Numbered from the stretch's first letter, positions 27,393 through 36,322 are shown. The stretch: DNA of 38,729 bases from a candidate division FCPU426 bacterium (GCA_963847625.1 CAWKAR010000061.1:1-38729), one strand, 5' to 3'. Program-made: numbers and translations. The notes: generated from the letters alone by a model not told the origin.

Positions 27393-27815
27393 TCAGGTTA
27401 AAATTTTATGCGTTAGCGGACAACTGTATGGGTACATCACCTTATTGGAAAAGTGTTTATCCATGTAACACTTCAGGCACTCTTTTTCATCATGCGGCAT
27501 TGCCAATAACTTCAAACCTGCGCCCAACTCGTTGTTCCAAGCCACATTCGCGAAAGTTTTCAGAGTTCCCATGCGGCATGGGATCATCAAATCGAGTTGA
27601 ATGATGTTGCCTTTTTTCATCTCATGGTCTGTCACGAGATATAAGCCGCCCAGGCTCACATCTTTTGTTTTTCCGCTTTTCTCTTTTTCTTGCCGTTCCG
27701 AAAAACTTTCGATTACTTTTTGCTCGTTCATCACGCGAAACTTGACTGGGATTTCCAAAGCGAATCTTGGAAGAAGCCGCTTTTCCTTGCTAAGTTTTAA
27801 TTTCCCTTTCGGCAT
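27393..27815 (-). CDS. PilZ-domain protein
   Basis: RLLPR and DVSLGG. Confidence 0.88.
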   Translation of the reverse strand: MPKGKLKLSKEKRLLPRFALEIPVKFRVMNEQKVIESFSERQEKEKSGKTKDVSLGGLYLVTDHEMKKGNIIQLDLMIPCRMGTLKTFANVAWNNELGAGLKLLAMPHDEKECLKCYMDKHFSNKVMYPYSCPLTHKILT

Positions 27816-28161
27816 TTAAACGACCATGTTTGAAACATTGATGGGATTACAATTAACCAAAGCTTTGCCACCATCTTTTAGACGATATAGTAAAACATTT
27901 AACCTTCCGGGTCCTATTTCTTTCATGATTTAAGTCATTTATTGGGCGGATTCCGATGAAACGATCAATGGATTTTTAATTGTTTTTCAATCTTGGTGGA
28001 AGGGTGAATAAAGAACGGAGAGGTGATGTTGTGTTTTCTCGTTAAAGCTTTAAAACTTAGGGAACAATCCAACTGTTTTTAAAATTTGTAAACGGTTTCA
28101 GTGATGAGGACTCCTTAAAGCATTATTCCTGGGTATTGATTCAGGAACTGAAAGCCAATAC

Positions 28162-28338
28162 TTAAAGTCCGTATTTTTTCTTTATTTCTTTTTCGGCCTG
28201 CAGCCAGTCTGATAGTGCGTCTCCGGGCTGGTTGAATGCGGATCTCTTTTTAAAGATTTCCCCGGCAATATTTCGGATTTCTTCCTGGACCGTTTCGAGA
28301 GATGGTTTTTGCTGAGACTTTTTTCCTTCTTTTACCAT
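28162..28338 (-). CDS. DUF2934-like small protein (58 aa, not in ORF track)
   Basis: Manual translation: ...EEIRNIAGEIFKKR....GDALSDWLQAEKEI. AAGGAG RBS. Confidence 0.75.
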   Translation of the reverse strand: MVKEGKKSQQKPSLETVQEEIRNIAGEIFKKRSAFNQPGDALSDWLQAEKEIKKKYGL

Positions 28339-28440
28339 GACAGCATCTCCTTTAAAAAGATCACCGTCCTTTCTTAGAAAGGAACGGGCTGAACAATGTT
28401 TTTGGTTTTATATCCATCTCAACAGTATAAGAGGTGAAAT

Positions 28441-28713
28441 TTAATCCTTTTCCCCGAATTTACTTAAGAGCAAGTCATAAATGGCGGTCCTGGCGTCCCA
28501 TGCATCCACGCCACTGAACATCAACGTGAGTTCCGAACCGAAAGGTGAAGCCAAAGTCATCAGGTTAATCAGGCTTTTGCCGTCCGCTGTCCGGTGATGG
28601 TTTTTTACGAGTATCAAACACTTGAATTTGGAAGCGGTTTTCACGAATTCCGCGGCCGCTCTCAGATGAAGGCCCAAACGGTTGGTGATTTTCATCTTCT
28701 CGGTAATTTCCAT
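28441..28713 (-). CDS. ptsH: HPr-family phosphocarrier
   Basis: ITNRLGLHLRAAAEFV and ADGKSLINLMTL. Confidence 0.88.
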   Translation of the reverse strand: MEITEKMKITNRLGLHLRAAAEFVKTASKFKCLILVKNHHRTADGKSLINLMTLASPFGSELTLMFSGVDAWDARTAIYDLLLSKFGEKD

Positions 28714-29035
28714 GAGTGCCTCCTCACAGTGAAATTATGAGTGATGGTTAGCAAACAAGGCGGAAAAGTAGTTAAGAGCGAATCAATTTAGGGGTTTCGT
28801 GAGGGCACTCACGGAAGAAGTGAGCTTTGAAAAGATACCTATCTACATCCCTATTTTACATCTTTCGCAGTTTGGTGAGAGACAAATTTTAAACCATTTC
28901 CTTAAAAGCTTTTAAGAAATGTTACTAAGGGGTTTATAAGGTATCCCTCCCATGTACACCACCCTATAATATGGGCAGTTCAAATCCATTGCGGTTGTCT
29001 GGTAAAAAGAGGCCGCATTCTCAAGGAGTTTCTTC

Positions 29036-29458
29036 GTGAGAACAGTGGTTCTTTACCAGGGCGGGACGGATGTTACCCAACAATTCGCCAAAGAGATCGG
29101 GGCCTATATGGAAATCCACGGTATAGAATCGCGCGTCATGTCCATCGCTGAGGGCGTCCCGCAGACATGGAATGATTGCCATTACTTGCTCTTAGGTTGC
29201 GAGACCAACGGGCTAAACTTTTTCAATCAACATCCTGACAAGGCATGGGTCGATTATGTTCACGCCTTGCCGGAGATCAAATACCTCCGAGTAGGACTTT
29301 TCACTACATACAAGATCGCCACCGGTGGCATGTTCAAAAAGATGAGACACCTCCTGGCTGATAAGACGGGTCACATTACTATAGAAATAAAGTCGCGCAA
29401 CGGGCGGCTTTCCGAAAAGAACAAGCAGGTACTTGACCGTTTTATCGCTGAAGCATAA
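29036..29458 (+). CDS. Flavodoxin-fold protein
   Basis: VVLY..G...T..FA..I, LLLGC.T, VGLFTTY. Confidence 0.7.
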   Translation: MRTVVLYQGGTDVTQQFAKEIGAYMEIHGIESRVMSIAEGVPQTWNDCHYLLLGCETNGLNFFNQHPDKAWVDYVHALPEIKYLRVGLFTTYKIATGGMFKKMRHLLADKTGHITIEIKSRNGRLSEKNKQVLDRFIAEA

Positions 29459-29687
29459 GAGCAACGACCAAAAGTTTGATCGCCGAATAGTTTCGCGCAC
29501 TGAACATATTTCCTGCAACTCGCCCACATCAGATTTCATAGCGCAATTGGGTTAATCATTATCCAAATAATCTTCAGGACGGAGCGTTTTTACTAAAAAA
29601 GATTCTTGTCGGGGTCTTTAAAAAGGGTTGCCGGCTGGTAGCCGGCCTTTTGATAGCCATAGGAGTAATCCATAAAGTTAAAGTTTC

Positions 29688-29771
29688 GTTGAGGACCCGT
29701 CCGGATCGCCCGGCCCGAAACGGGCCCAGGACGTTCAGGAAACGCCTACGAGCTGGTCCACGTGGTGGCCT
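29688..29771 (+). repeat. GC-rich dispersed repeat, diverged copy 3
   Basis: GAGGA...CCGGATC..CCCGGCCCG...CCTAC.AGCTGGTC...GTGGCC as at 7183-7261. Confidence 0.5.
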
Positions 29772-29814
29772 GTCAAATTAGAGGGTTTAAATTCTTCCGG
29801 TTGCATTGACCAAC

Positions 29815-29944
29815 CGGTTTCAGTCCCCGGCTTTAGCCGGGGACAAGCCGAGTACTTGGCCTGGGATCATGCCCGGCCACCCATCTTCCTATGGAAGAGG
29901 GCCGTAGATAACACGAGTGGCGACCCGTAGGGTCGTCCCTTGAC
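29815..29944 (+). repeat. Multi-hairpin element, copy A
   Basis: Four stems ending CCCTTGAC. Homologous to 35212-35348 and to 33591-33688 (minus). Confidence 0.75.
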
Positions 29945-29967
29945 AAATAAGAATACATCCGTATAAT
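29940..29967 (+). promoter_or_regulatory. Consensus sigma70 promoter convergent on the DUF3800 operon
   Basis: TTGACA, 16-bp spacer, TATAAT. Confidence 0.7.
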
Positions 29968-29973
29968 TTATAT

Positions 29974-30034
29974 ATCTCATCTGCCCATGGCAGAAGGAGT
30001 TGGGTCGTCGCTCTGCGTCGGCCTTTTTTATTTT
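29974..30034 (+). ncRNA. Putative DUF3800-associated small RNA
   Basis: TCTGCC-CAT-GGCAGA hairpin, then a terminator-like GGTCGTCGC-TCT-GCGTCGGCC-TTTTTT. No ORF. Confidence 0.55.
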
Positions 30035-30509
30035 AAGCAGTTTTTTGGTTATATTTCCGTAATAAATCTTTCCTCTTATGATCGTATTCGATCCAGTGAG
30101 CGGTTATTATTCTCCGCCTTCCATCCCTGTACTTTTTCATGATAACAACGTAGTCATGGTCCTTAAGCCATACATAAGAATGTATATCTTTGTTCCCTTC
30201 TTCGTAATCCCATGCCAACACTTCAGGATCCAGCGGATGCTCTATTACTGGTCGAGCCCAAGGTAACCTTTCTGCACGTCTCAAATCCGGCATTCGTTCA
30301 TGGGATTCTTTATCTTCACGGCTTGTTAAGTGCCAAAAAACTTTAATTTTGCCATCTTCTACCTCTGGAAAACACCAAACATCAAATCCTTGATACTTAG
30401 GTTTGGAATTAACAAAGTCTCGCACGAATATCCGGTACAAAACATCAAAAGTATCTTCTTTCCAGGGACTTACACTTGCCATCGAGGGTAGCCATGTTGG
30501 AAAATTCAC
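30033..30509 (-). CDS. DUF3800-partner protein (possible RNase-toxin-like fold)
   Basis: WLP...LY.IF.RDF, FWHLTS, PD.RR.ERLPW.RP.IE, YVVI......IITA. GTG start just after the DUF3800 stop. Confidence 0.7.
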   Translation of the reverse strand: MNFPTWLPSMASVSPWKEDTFDVLYRIFVRDFVNSKPKYQGFDVWCFPEVEDGKIKVFWHLTSREDKESHERMPDLRRAERLPWARPVIEHPLDPEVLAWDYEEGNKDIHSYVWLKDHDYVVIMKKYRDGRRRIITAHWIEYDHKRKDLLRKYNQKTA

Positions 30510-30513
30510 CAAT

Positions 30514-31218
30514 TCAACCCTCTTGTGGCGTGAATAAAAAAAGATTAAATTTTTCCTCACCAAGTGGAGTGGATTCCAGTAAACTTCGGCCCAACCTTTT
30601 TTCGATATCTTCCACAACCTGTTTTTTGGCAGGATTAGAAACCAGCCCTCTATGTCTATACGAGACCGCGCCCAATAGAAAATCGCACATCTGCATTAAG
30701 TCCGATTCATGCGAATGGATGTTTTGAATGTGCTTAATCATCTGGCTCGTAAAGTCGTAAACGTTGTTACATAAAACTTCACGTAACTTCTTAACCTTTA
30801 CCCGGCTCCTGGTATCCTTAATGTCCAAATATATGTTGTATCGTTTATCCGGGCTTAAGATTTTGCTAAGCAGCGAAAAATACATTTTGTAATAAAAATC
30901 ATCGTGTGATCCAAGATTAAACCGGGCATGGTTAAGTTTTTCCTTCTCAAGCACAACCAATGCCCTGAAGTGAATTGCCGTGGATTTAAAAAAGAAATCA
31001 ACAAGTTCCAAATAAAAATCCAACCGCGACCGCGAAACTTTAATCCACTTCAACTCCCCATCGGCTTTATGGGTGTTCTTAATTTGTCTAATATTTATGG
31101 AAAGTCGTTGGGCGTCATCCATAGAACACCAAAGAGCGCCCTGTAGCATTACGGGTTGGTGGTCTTTTTCCAAGTGGCAACTTTCATCACAATAGACATT
31201 AAAAATATTTTGCATCAT
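30514..31218 (-). CDS. DUF3800 family protein
   Basis: YCDESCHLE.D, ELKW.KVS, Y.DIKDT, SHE..LMQ.CD.L.GA. Confidence 0.9.
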   Translation of the reverse strand: MMQNIFNVYCDESCHLEKDHQPVMLQGALWCSMDDAQRLSINIRQIKNTHKADGELKWIKVSRSRLDFYLELVDFFFKSTAIHFRALVVLEKEKLNHARFNLGSHDDFYYKMYFSLLSKILSPDKRYNIYLDIKDTRSRVKVKKLREVLCNNVYDFTSQMIKHIQNIHSHESDLMQMCDFLLGAVSYRHRGLVSNPAKKQVVEDIEKRLGRSLLESTPLGEEKFNLFLFTPQEG

Positions 31219-31316
31219 TTCTCCTCAAACTGATGAACACTCTATAGTTATTTCATGTTTGCATCAAATCCTTTTGAAGTATCCAAGGGTGGTTGGTCCA
31301 ACCGATTAATTATCTC

Positions 31317-31529
31317 TTAACTGCTGACCGATCCGGGGGGTGTTTTGGGGACCGGTCGCTCAAAAAAGGCCGTTTCTTCTAAAAGCCAAAATTTTTCTTG
31401 TCCAGAAACGTCCACCAAAACGCCAATACCGCGACTATGTCCAACGGTCCAGGGCAAGAATTTTTTAAACACGCCTTCTTCGCCGGAAATGACATGTTTC
31501 ACTTGGTCGCCAGGCTCCAGATGTTCCAA
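31317..31529 (-). CDS. Small SH3-like hypothetical protein
   Basis: PGDQVKH..SGEEG pattern and GGAG RBS. Confidence 0.45.
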   Translation of the reverse strand: MEHLEPGDQVKHVISGEEGVFKKFLPWTVGHSRGIGVLVDVSGQEKFWLLEETAFFERPVPKTPPGSVSS

Positions 31530-31702
31530 AATAGCTCCCTAAAAAAGTGAAGCTGAAGTGTTTTACATGCCGTCAGCCCACACGCTGACGAAGCATAGTG
31601 CGGAAGTCAAAAAGTTGGCGAGCCAAATTGCGATTAATAGACTTCTGCCTTTGTCCCCCGGTTCTAAACCATCCATTCGCGCCTCATGCCAGATATTGTT
31701 TT

Positions 31703-32116
31703 TTATTCAAAAAAGAATTCGGCTTTAAGCGCTTTCCCGTCCATCGTGCGAATAACCCATTCGGTCCCTTTGTTATGGAAACAAAACATCATGAAAATAA
31801 TCTTATCTTCTTCGGCGATAGAGGAAAGAAATCTAAGCTGTTCCTGGGACAAACCCCGGACGACATAATTACCCTTTAGACTGGAATCTTGGTTGGATAA
31901 GTAAAATTCAGCGTGGTACTTTGAGAGAAAAAGCGGGAGGCTCTTTTCCCCCTTTTTGCCCGGATTGACAAAATATGACCCCGTGATGTTCCCGTTTTTC
32001 GTTTCCATTAAGGCCCAAAAGGGCTGGCCTATAAATTTTTCATCCGGCAAGAGTTTATTTATACGCTGGCCTAAGTCCTTCAGTGCCCCTTTCTTCGGAT
32101 CGTCCATATTGTCCAC
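31703..32116 (-). CDS. Hypothetical protein (SseB-like LPLF.S...A motif)
   Basis: ORF with weak motif resemblance only. Confidence 0.5.
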   Translation of the reverse strand: MDNMDDPKKGALKDLGQRINKLLPDEKFIGQPFWALMETKNGNITGSYFVNPGKKGEKSLPLFLSKYHAEFYLSNQDSSLKGNYVVRGLSQEQLRFLSSIAEEDKIIFMMFCFHNKGTEWVIRTMDGKALKAEFFFE

Positions 32117-32131
32117 CCCCCGGTCATGTAA

Positions 32132-32491
32132 TTAATCTTTAACCCTTTGAATCTCAATATAAAAAGCGGCCCATGCAAACGCGGCAACCACCAGCCAACC
32201 CCACAAAGCATGGGGAACCATAGAAAACTTATACGTCGGGTGAGCCGCCAACAGGTAAAGAGTTGAAAAAAAACTGTATTTAAAAATAAGTTTATACCAA
32301 GCGACCAAAATTAGATAAAGCAAACCAAACTTGTAGATAAAATAAAGGCCCATAAAAAATACGTGTAAAAAATGATTAAGAAAAAATCTTCCGTGAGCAG
32401 TAATAGGATTATCCGAAATAGTACCAGTATTTATGTTTTCTCCCCTTTCCTCGTTTTCATCCGAGATTATCGGTCTTGTATCTTCTTCCAT
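32132..32491 (-). CDS. Membrane protein
   Basis: GGAGG RBS and hydrophobic segments. Confidence 0.55.
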   Translation of the reverse strand: MEEDTRPIISDENEERGENINTGTISDNPITAHGRFFLNHFLHVFFMGLYFIYKFGLLYLILVAWYKLIFKYSFFSTLYLLAAHPTYKFSMVPHALWGWLVVAAFAWAAFYIEIQRVKD

Positions 32492-32628
32492 AACTACCTC
32501 CTAAAAATCATCAACTTCCTCCCACCTGCTAATTTTTGTCCCCCTTTGCTCCTATAGGGCAAATGAAACCGGGATTATGCCGCATTCATTGAAATAAAAA
32601 ATAAATAGGCGGTATAGATGATGTCTCG

Positions 32629-33111
32629 TCAAAACTCCGTTACCTCCTCCCATCTACTCAATTTTGACGAGGGTTCCGGCTCATGGAAACCAAGGCCGTT
32701 GCACCTGGCGCACTTAACGCCGCCCTCGACCGTCCCCCGCCCTCCGCAATTGCGGCATGAATCATACCAAACCGCCTGTTTACCGCTCCCGTTGCAATCC
32801 CCGCAAGGGAACCTGCTGGAATAATATTCGCCGTCCATCTGAGCCGAGACCTCAAGTCGAGGCTCGTGACTTGATAATGCCGGTTCAGTAGAAGAACCGG
32901 CCATCTGGGCCGAAGACTCAAGCCTCTGTGCCGAAACATCAAGTTGAGGCACAAGGTTTGAGTGCGCCAAACCCTCTGATAATTGGGTTTGGTACTGAGG
33001 ACCGAGCCTTGATTGTGCCGGTTCCATAGAGGAACCGGCCATCCAATACCCAGGCGGTCCCGGTTCGTCCCCGGTCCCCCCGCAACTTTCGCAATCTACC
33101 TCGCCCCACAT
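32629..33111 (-). CDS. DnaJ-type CxxCxGxG zinc-finger protein with internal repeat insert
   Basis: CESCGGTG, CGDCNGSG, CRNCGGRG, CARCNGLG. Confidence 0.6.
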   Translation of the reverse strand: MWGEVDCESCGGTGDEPGPPGYWMAGSSMEPAQSRLGPQYQTQLSEGLAHSNLVPQLDVSAQRLESSAQMAGSSTEPALSSHEPRLEVSAQMDGEYYSSRFPCGDCNGSGKQAVWYDSCRNCGGRGTVEGGVKCARCNGLGFHEPEPSSKLSRWEEVTEF

Positions 33112-33131
33112 ATCACAGTCCTATCAGAAAA

Positions 33132-33521
33132 TTACGTTGAATAAGTTTTATGACCCGGTCCATCCCAAAACTCCTTAAAAGAAACCCCGTAAGACCTGGC
33201 GATTTTATACAGGGTCAAATAATTAGGGTTTGAATTGGTGCTTACTTCCTCCAACTTCTGGTAGGTGGCCATGCTGCACCCGGACCTCTTCGCCTGGTCC
33301 TTTTGCGTCCTTCCTGCCGTAAGCCTCCATCCCCAAAGTAATTTCCCAAGTTCGGCCTGGGGCGTATGTTTTGAAAGCTTTTCAAAAACAGACGGTTTGT
33401 TATTTTTAACCCATTCGAACCAATTATCCGGCGTTAAATAATTAACCGGTTCCCCTTCCTGGGTTCGCGTAATACCGCCAATCTTTTTACCTGCCTTAAG
33501 GGTAGATTTGTGTTTTTTCAT
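33132..33521 (-). CDS. XRE-family HTH protein
   Basis: LG..L..WR...GRTQ...A...G.S.ATYQKLE....NP...TL.KIA..YGVS. Confidence 0.8.
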   Translation of the reverse strand: MKKHKSTLKAGKKIGGITRTQEGEPVNYLTPDNWFEWVKNNKPSVFEKLSKHTPQAELGKLLWGWRLTAGRTQKDQAKRSGCSMATYQKLEEVSTNSNPNYLTLYKIARSYGVSFKEFWDGPGHKTYST

Positions 33522-33527
33522 GCTTTT

Positions 33528-33555
33528 ATTATATACCTATTATAATAGGTATCAA
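33528..33555 (-). promoter_or_regulatory. Promoter with embedded 20-bp palindromic operator (leaderless XRE mRNA)
   Basis: TTGATA-16-TATAAT ending 6 nt before the ATG. Perfect palindrome ATACCTATTATAATAGGTAT at 33533-33552. Confidence 0.65.
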
Positions 33556-33590
33556 TAAATAACCCTATTTACCCGCCCAAAAACCACCCA

Positions 33591-33688
33591 TCAAGGACGA
33601 CCCTTCGGGTCGCCACTTGGCCGGGATTCCTCGGCCAAGTACACAGCTAGCCCCCAGCCATTGCTGGGGTCTTAAATCAGCCGGTAAC
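33591..33688 (-). repeat. Multi-hairpin element, copy B (one stem missing)
   Basis: Reverse complement reads ...GCTGTGTACTTGGCCGAGGAATCCCGGCCAAGTGGCGACCCGAAGGGTCGTCCTTGA. Confidence 0.7.
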
Positions 33689-33699
33689 TATCGGTACGC

Positions 33700-34686
33700 C
33701 TAGTTAGACTCTCCCGGCAATTCCTGCGCCTCATTCCGCGAAACACCTTCAACCGGTTTAACTTCCTTGACAATCCCCGCAATCTTTTTAGCCGTCTCAA
33801 TGGCCCAAGGGTTACGGTAAGCCTGCCATGCCCCAATGGTGGGCGTCCACCGGAAACCCCTGGACTTTAAAAGCGTCCTCACATCCTCAGCCGGTTTCCC
33901 AGGGAAAAACAGCCGGACCCGGTTTTCTTCCGGGCAATCCTCGAAACGGGCGTTGGACCCCTCAAGCTCGGTGGATTCCTTCGCCTGGTCCCTGCCGATA
34001 GTTTCCAAACGCTGTTTCATCCTTCGAAGGTTGGCGTGGTTGTTGGTCAACTCATAAGCCGGTATACCAACACGCCCCATGTAATCAGCTTTCAATGCGT
34101 TTAAAACCATCTCATCTGAAAGACCCAAATCCTTCAATGCCTTCTCCTGCGCTTCCCTTCCCGCCTTGGCGTATTTGCGGATCGTGGCGTTAAATTTCTT
34201 GGCCATTACCTGGAATTCCTCGGCCTTTTTGATCTTCTCCTTAAGGCGGTCCTGCGCGTTGCTGTCCCCGGACATGATCGGCCTCCACTCCGGATGGAGG
34301 GTTTTCTTAATGGCATCAAGAGCCCTTTTCCTAAACTCCGTCAAAGCCATTGAGCGGTTATCAGCCCACCGGCTGTATTTTTGAGCCCTGGCCACCGGGA
34401 AATTAGACGGCCCGGTGATAAAAGACGAGATACAACGGGACGTTGAATAAAGCCAAGCCGTATATCTTTTAGCGTAGCCCTCCCGGTAACGGGTAAACTC
34501 CGCTTCCAAAAGCGATTTTTTCTCGTCCGTAGCCGCATGTTTTGACAGTTCCGCAAAATCATATTCCAAGGTATTAACGTAATCCTCAACCGCCCTATTG
34601 CCCCTTTTATCCGGGTCCATACTCACCCCCTGGAAAGCCGTCCTGGCCAACTCCTGCGGTATGTCCTTTATGAAATCTTTATTCAT
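33700..34686 (-). CDS. Phage/plasmid protein of DUF3560 / polyvalent-protein type
   Basis: SRC.S.FITGPSNFP motif and C-terminal NRVRLFFPGKP...VR..LK.RGFRW.P...AWQ. AAGGAG RBS. Confidence 0.7.
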   Translation of the reverse strand: MNKDFIKDIPQELARTAFQGVSMDPDKRGNRAVEDYVNTLEYDFAELSKHAATDEKKSLLEAEFTRYREGYAKRYTAWLYSTSRCISSFITGPSNFPVARAQKYSRWADNRSMALTEFRKRALDAIKKTLHPEWRPIMSGDSNAQDRLKEKIKKAEEFQVMAKKFNATIRKYAKAGREAQEKALKDLGLSDEMVLNALKADYMGRVGIPAYELTNNHANLRRMKQRLETIGRDQAKESTELEGSNARFEDCPEENRVRLFFPGKPAEDVRTLLKSRGFRWTPTIGAWQAYRNPWAIETAKKIAGIVKEVKPVEGVSRNEAQELPGESN

Positions 34687-35211
34687 TTCAGCAACTCCTT
34701 TTAATTATTTGAGGAGAGAGCACCCTCCGGGTGCGCCCCCTCACAAAATCCTTGGGGGCGCAAACGGAGCAAAAGAGGTGTTGGCTATGGAAAATCGATG
34801 CCGGGGGGAAGTGCGTCGTTGGTTTAAGCATTATTGGGATTCCGACAGGCCATGTTTTAGGCCGGATAAGACGAGGAACGAGGCCCGGCCTGGCCTGTCG
34901 GAAAGGCGCTGACCGGTCCCAACGGCAGAGCCGCCCCCGGATCGGTTTTCGTCCACGTTGTCGTTCGCGGCGGGGGCCACCTGGTCATACGCCACAACCC
35001 CTGCGGGGAGACAACAAGTCGAGCCGCGTGAATTGGGTGTGCCGAATCACTAAATAATAAGATTTGGCAAAGGATGACCGTGATTTGGTTGTGCAAATAG
35101 CAAAGGGCTATTTGCCTCCGGGGGATCTTCCCTCCGGGCTAGGAGAGGGTCAAAGGGAGGGGGTTTACCCCTTCCCTTTTAAAAATTACCGAGGCCTGGC
35201 CATAGGGAAGG

Positions 35212-35348
35212 TTACACCAGCCGAATTTTGCCCCGGTCATAAACCGGGGCTGGCTGTGTACTTGGGCGGGTATTTCCCCGGCCACCCGTCTTCCTATGGA
35301 AGAGGGCAGTAAATACCACGAGTAGCGGCACGAAGAGCCGCCCTTGAC
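35212..35348 (+). repeat. Multi-hairpin element, copy C
   Basis: Shares CCCGGCCACCCRTCTTCCTATGGAAGAGGGC and CCCTTGAC with copy A. Confidence 0.75.
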
Positions 35349-35484
35349 GGCCGCTGTTCTGCGGACGGCGAAGCTTCTTCAATCCCGCGAGGGTGGCCAG
35401 GCCGAGTTCAGGGCCGGTCCGCCTTTATTAACAGGCAAAGAAGATAATCCTCTTCTAACAAACCGTTGGTTAAAAGGAGAGGTA

Positions 35485-36315
35485 ATGAAATCAATCAGCA
35501 TCCCCAAAGTGTCCATTCAAGCGGTTCTTTATGTCCGGGTATCCTCCAAAGAACAAGAAAAAGGGGGTTTCTCCATCCCCGCCCAATTGAGATTACTTCG
35601 GCAATACGGGGAAACCCAAAGGTTTACCATTCTTAAAGAATTCCGGGACGTGGAAACCGCCAAGCAATCAGGACGGGAGGGGTTTGGGGAAATGGTTAGC
35701 TACCTTACAAAAAATCCAAGCTGCAAACATCTATTAGTCGAAAAAACTGACCGTCTTTACCGCAATTTCAAGGATTACGTTTCCTTGGAGGAAGTCGGTA
35801 TAGACATCCATTTGGTTAAGGAAGGGTCAGTCGTATCAAAAAAATCTAAATCCGCCGAGAAATTCATACATGGCATTAAGGTCTTAATGGCCAAGAATTA
35901 CGTTGATAATCTTTCGGAGGAAACCCGAAAAGGGATGACCGAAAAAGCGGAGGAAGGGATTTGGCCTTCCGTTGCCCCTGTTGGTTATAAGAACGTATTG
36001 GGAAGATCAGGAAAAAGGACGATAAAGCCCGATTCCCAATTGGCCCCGTTTATTATCAGTCTTTTCAAAACCTATTCATCCGGTAATTATTCCCTTGAAG
36101 ATATTACGAGAAAGTTCAGTCGAAAGCGGTTGGTCCTCCGGAAAAGCAAAAACCCTTTGCCCAGGAGTACGGTTTATAAGATCCTGTCCAACCAGATGTA
36201 TTCAGGAAAATTCAGATGGAAGGAAAATCTTTATCAGGGAAAATACACGCCCTTGATCTCAGGGAAACTTTGGAAAAAGGTACAAGGTGTGATGAGGAAG
36301 CGATCAAGAAGGTAA
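35485..36315 (+). CDS. Serine recombinase (catalytic + recombinase DNA-binding domain, no Zn-ribbon/coiled coil), 276 aa
   Basis: YVRVSS.EQ, ETAK..GR..F, DRL.RN, G.WP..AP.GY, IL.N..Y.G, P.IS..LW..VQ, then stop. AGGAGAGG RBS. Confidence 0.9.
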   Translation: MKSISIPKVSIQAVLYVRVSSKEQEKGGFSIPAQLRLLRQYGETQRFTILKEFRDVETAKQSGREGFGEMVSYLTKNPSCKHLLVEKTDRLYRNFKDYVSLEEVGIDIHLVKEGSVVSKKSKSAEKFIHGIKVLMAKNYVDNLSEETRKGMTEKAEEGIWPSVAPVGYKNVLGRSGKRTIKPDSQLAPFIISLFKTYSSGNYSLEDITRKFSRKRLVLRKSKNPLPRSTVYKILSNQMYSGKFRWKENLYQGKYTPLISGKLWKKVQGVMRKRSRR

Positions 36316-36322
36316 AATAGTT

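Noticed and set aside
29825..29845. IS200/IS605 end or omegaRNA (CCCCGGCTTTAGCCGGGG)
   Set aside because: No TnpA, TnpB or IscB gene is in the window, and the stem sequence differs in the other two copies. Kept only as part of the multi-hairpin element.
34728..34745. MOBQ-like oriT (GTGCGCCC)
   Set aside because: Lacks the TAA prefix of the consensus, is part of a GC hairpin, and no relaxase is in the window.
34857..35312. Short ORFs in the GC-rich tract
   Set aside because: No RBS or motifs. They overlap hairpin-rich sequence and are probably spurious.
35344..35484. 47-aa N-terminal extension of the recombinase
   Set aside because: A strong RBS precedes ATG 35485. The TTG at 35344 is the end of hairpin copy C.
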